64,000 bases of DNA, from positions 310,001 through 374,000 of the forward strand of contig JASANG010001519.1 of NCBI GenBank assembly GCA_030248215.1. Reading direction: 5' to 3'. Under the pieces are notes generated by a model. That model searched no databases and had not been told where the DNA came from. It saw nothing but the letters and a program-made list of their open reading frames with translations. Both the position numbers and the translations under genes were made by a program. The stretch comes from Enoplolaimus lenunculus (Eukaryota). This document shows, in pieces, positions 62,101-64,000 of this stretch. The stretch's first letter is position 1; each line of letters begins with the position of its first letter.

Positions 62101-64000
62101 CATACTAATAAAACCAGAAAAATTAGTATATTCAACATTTGACTAAATTTAAATTGACATAGAAATCAAACACTAATTTGTTACAATACGCATCATGAAA
62201 AACTTGTAGACATCGCATAAAAAGTGCTGTAAACACTGCGAACCGAATTTTATTGGCAATTTTTACGGAAACCAACCTGTATCGCGATCTGCGGTCCAAA
62301 CAAATTCCATCTGTTTCGTTGCTCGACGTTTAAGAAAATCGGTTTGATGAATCCTTGAAAAGAACCACGCGTCGAATCCGAACTAAAAACAAAAAACAAT
62401 AAACACAAAATAGTCATATTTCCCAATTTGCAAACAAAATCGTTTTAATCTCGAATGTTCGAGCCGTTGTTGCGAAAAGGTTGATTCGGCTGTGTGGCGC
62501 AGTCGTTGGCCTGAGTCATACAACCGCATCCACAGTGTTTCGTGAAGGACTCTAAACAGGACTGCGTAAAGTTAGAATTACTTTGGCATACATGGACGCT
62601 TGTTCAATACTATGGCCAAACGGATCGACTTGCCAACCAATCTTCGGATGCCCACAGTCGCCGAATGTTTCGTTAAGAAACTGTGATCCAAACGTGAACA
62701 TATCTAAAATCCCTGTGTAGTGCGTCGTTGCTTCATCGTCCGTTACCCATCCACCATTTGCAAATTCAAGCCTACCTGAAATATTAAAGGTTTTAGTTGT
62801 TGTTGTCAAAAATGTTTTTCTTTAATAGTGAAAAAAAGATTATATCGTACCTCGGAATTAAAGTAAACAACAGAATTTATGATTCATAATAATACTAATA
62901 ATAACAACAATAATAACAATAATAATATAATAATAATTATTCTAGTATAATAATACTAATAATAATAATTATAATAATAATAAAAATTATAAGAATATTA
63001 ATAATAACAAGAGTGGATGATCACTCTTTATTACAAGAGTGTGCAACTGGGTATATTCTGTGTATTAAAGAATGTACCCGGCACGCGTTGCGTTTTTGGC
63101 CTACCCCCCTTGTTTAGGAGGTCTGTACGCAGTTTTATATCGTAGTAATGCTAGCAGCAAATTGTAACCCACCCCCTTGTTTAAGGGGGATAGGTGTACT
63201 GAAGCACACTGTTAATCTCTTACTTAAACCCACAACGCGTGCTGGTACATTTAGTACCGTGCACAGCCCAAGCAGTTGCACACTCTTCTGCAAGATGGAC
63301 ATCATCCACTCTTGATAATAATAATAGTAAAAATAATAATAATATAATAATAATAATTATAATAATATAAATAATAATAATAATAATATATAACAATAAT
63401 AATAATTCCGACTTGCAGCTAGTTTTATTTTATTTTCCTTTAGCAATGGGCTTATTATAATACTTATTTGCTACTTCGAGATTTAGTTGATTTGCGCTAA
63501 GAAATTACCGTATTGACCCGGATAAGAGAGGGGACTGATATTTATTTGGCCTTTCCATAGGGTATCATCCCTCAGTTATTCGGTTACAGACCATTATTTG
63601 TTTTTAAACCGCCCTGCGCCACTCTTCGTTACTGATATATATTCGGTATTGCAACTATCCGTTGGATTAAACGTTTTTGTCTTGCATTAAAGCCCTGAAC
63701 GATATTAATGCAAGGTTAAACTTACGAATGTACTTTTAAACCTTAAATATGCTTTGAAGTTTCGAACTCAACTGTATTTAGGCGCTGCAGTCATTTATGC
63801 ACTACAATATGGGATAAGTGACATTTATGGACTCTAATTACGGTTTAGGGACTCTATCCGCTTACGCACTTTTTATTAGGGTACGGACTCCAAATTGATT
63901 GCGACTCAAAATGAGGACTCTCCTCTTTTATTACCCCCTCTTATTCGGGTCACTACAGTATACCTTGTTGAACCAGCTGATATACAGCGTCCTTTGTATC
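40947..64000 (-). CDS. MAN2B1: Lysosomal alpha-mannosidase-like (GH38), 5'-partial, 24 exons in window (~920 aa)
   Basis: All 24 exons join in frame at GT-AG sites. Motifs: [19 protein letters not shown] (nucleophile), TMGSDF (acid/base), YSTPSCY, DDFFPY...[52 protein letters not shown]. Divergent paralog rather than a proven ortholog. Confidence 0.92.
41595..41744 (-). CDS. MAN2B1: Mannosidase exon ([18 protein letters not shown]...LRLEH...DLK)
   Basis: Conserved LPxNVxxLTL and LRLEH. Confidence 0.93.
42968..43143 (-). CDS. MAN2B1: Mannosidase exon (RHRLFITE...SGT)
   Basis: tatacag/gtaaca, in frame. Confidence 0.88.
43730..43820 (-). CDS. MAN2B1: Mannosidase exon ([19 protein letters not shown]...RG)
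   Basis: Conserved HRRL..DD. Confidence 0.93.
44049..44129 (-). CDS. MAN2B1: Mannosidase exon ([18 protein letters not shown]...ELM)
   Basis: Conserved DRSQGGSS. Confidence 0.93.
45120..45207 (-). CDS. MAN2B1: Mannosidase exon (NYQPTY...[16 protein letters not shown])
   Basis: Conserved GNYYP. Confidence 0.93.
46217..46327 (-). CDS. MAN2B1: Mannosidase exon (GKEVISRF...FYTDANGR)
   Basis: Conserved motif. Confidence 0.93.
46570..46779. mobile_element. CACTA/EnSpm-like MITE (TIR CACTGCAAAAAATGGTGAGT, TA flanks)
   Basis: Palindromic body with GACTC/GAGTC subrepeats; copies near 20605, 53996, 56961, 59210. Confidence 0.75.
47303..47421 (-). CDS. MAN2B1: Mannosidase exon (GRLVQQV...VRLY...EWTVGPIPV)
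   Basis: Conserved EWTVGPIP. Confidence 0.93.
47971..48395. mobile_element. hAT-type MITE (TIR CAGGGTGCAACCG)
   Basis: TIRs plus perfect 8-bp TSD tgcttagt; relatives at about 25882-26227, 26568-26657, 44149-44495, 53197-53700. Confidence 0.88.
48717..48802 (-). CDS. MAN2B1: Mannosidase exon (MYLFYPNG...HEK)
   Basis: Equivalent of SGAYIFRP. Confidence 0.88.
50017..50161 (-). CDS. MAN2B1: Mannosidase exon ([13 protein letters not shown]...FFWY...RPSG)
   Basis: ttttcag/gtacac. Confidence 0.9.
50748..50806 (-). CDS. MAN2B1: Mannosidase exon (YAKLNLG...TIENE)
   Basis: Conserved IENE; cag/gttagt. Confidence 0.85.
51228..51373. repeat. ~20-bp tandem repeat (CCGCCAAAATTTGAATTTTC) inside an inverted-repeat element (~50925-51450)
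   Basis: About 7 degenerate copies; flanking inverted GGTCACGTTTT / AAAACGTGACC. Confidence 0.8.
51634..51784 (-). CDS. MAN2B1: Mannosidase exon (EIAVNR...LPALGFAQF...KK)
   Basis: Conserved LPALGF. Confidence 0.9.
51888..52004. repeat. Perfect 58-bp tandem duplication
   Basis: AAACTTTGTATTAAAA...CGATTCAGCT occurs twice. Confidence 0.9.
53393..53655. mobile_element. piggyBac-type MITE carrying a tRNA-like module, nested in a hAT MITE
   Basis: TTAA on both sides (53389-92, 53656-59); TIRs CCCTTTTTCACAT / CCCCTTCTCACAT; internal A box TAGCTGAGTGG and B box GTTCGAATCC on the minus strand. Confidence 0.75.
53715..53837 (-). CDS. MAN2B1: Mannosidase exon (FTVTVWNP...EIQ)
   Basis: Conserved FxVxVxNP; ttttag/gtgaga. 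Confidence 0.9.
54755..54898 (-). CDS. MAN2B1: Mannosidase exon (KLISAAY...[10 protein letters not shown]...KT)
   Basis: Conserved CxxLNxSxC. Confidence 0.92.
55457..55526 (-). CDS. MAN2B1: Mannosidase exon ([15 protein letters not shown]...AN)
   Basis: Aligns to GTxKQxVxxDYxxRL; gtgagt donor. Confidence 0.88.
55835..56022. mobile_element. TTAGGC-MITE subfamily A copy
   Basis: TIRs; TSD aacgaaat/aacggaat. Confidence 0.85.
56798..56837 (-). CDS. MAN2B1: Mannosidase 40-nt exon ([13 protein letters not shown])
   Basis: attcag/gtaagc; bridges phase 1 to phase 2 and aligns to AMAVLQHHDAVS. Confidence 0.8.
57912..57981 (-). CDS. MAN2B1: Mannosidase exon ([12 protein letters not shown]...WKF)
   Basis: tttacag/gtaagt, in frame. 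Confidence 0.85.
58460..58666 (-). CDS. MAN2B1: Mannosidase exon (ASRSG...YSTPSCY...[10 protein letters not shown]...VLQ)
   Basis: Conserved GH38 motifs. Confidence 0.95.
60257..60373 (-). CDS. MAN2B1: Mannosidase exon ([22 protein letters not shown]...NER)
   Basis: Acid/base Asp motif MGSDF. Confidence 0.95.
60918..61169. mobile_element. CACTA/EnSpm-like MITE (TIR CACTGTAAA, TA flanks)
   Basis: Copies at about 49267-49515 (nested in another MITE), 49725-49976, 50400-50524. Confidence 0.75.
61333..61404 (-). CDS. MAN2B1: Mannosidase exon ([10 protein letters not shown]...FQ)
   Basis: ttgcag/gtaagt. Confidence 0.9.
61992..62092 (-). CDS. MAN2B1: Mannosidase exon (ADTTIFTG...[19 protein letters not shown])
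   Basis: Conserved YxPPxGFCxD. Confidence 0.92.
62277..62382 (-). CDS. MAN2B1: Mannosidase exon ([13 protein letters not shown]...ADRDT)
   Basis: tttttag/gttggt, in frame. Confidence 0.9.
62582..62775 (-). CDS. MAN2B1: Mannosidase exon (RLEFANGGW...WQVDPFGHS...YAK)
   Basis: Contains the catalytic nucleophile Asp motif. Confidence 0.95.
62885..63406. repeat. (TAA)n-rich microsatellite split by a MITE
   Basis: Direct reading. Confidence 0.9.
63008..63314. mobile_element. MITE (TIR CAAGAGTGGATGAT) inserted in a (TAA)n microsatellite
   Basis: TIRs; related bodies at about 28877-29102 and 48810-49098. Confidence 0.7.
63508..63958. mobile_element. Tc1/mariner(pogo)-type MITE (TIR C[T/C]GTA[G/T]TGACCCG, TA TSD)
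   Basis: TIRs flanked by TA; relatives at about 3075-4118, 4955-5070, 21946-22200, 31372-31530, 61437-61510. Confidence 0.75.
63964..64000 (-). CDS. MAN2B1: Mannosidase exon, partial at window edge ([13 protein letters not shown])
   Basis: G|gta donor; continues into RLEFANGGW. Confidence 0.8.

Overview
Eukaryotic, intron-rich, AT-rich metazoan DNA (invertebrate; a tunicate-like origin is a guess, not shown). I assembled three spliced genes by hand from GT-AG sites with consistent phase. (1) A complete 8-exon AQP8-like aquaporin on the minus strand (13631->2778, about 292 aa), with NPV/NPA motifs and a two-Cys insertion in loop E. (2) A plus-strand gene for a low-complexity Pro/Ser-rich protein with clustered YxxL/YxN and PxxPxK motifs (firm exons 37438-37634 and 38366-39912; probable first coding exon 30815-30891). 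(3) The 3' 24 exons of a GH38 lysosomal alpha-mannosidase-like (MAN2B1-like) gene on the minus strand (>64000->40947). Its catalytic Asp residues are intact, but the conserved HHD substrate/Zn motif reads SHA. Introns and intergenic DNA are full of non-autonomous DNA transposons. The dominant one has roughly 35 copies, GGCC ends, an 8-bp TSD and TTAGGC telomere-like arrays. hAT-, CACTA-, Tc1/pogo-, Helentron- and piggyBac-type MITEs also occur, one carrying a tRNA-Gly-like module, along with several minisatellites. There is no prokaryotic system, CRISPR array or transposase ORF. Most short ORFs in the track are repeat-derived noise. Family assignments are from remembered motifs, not database searches.
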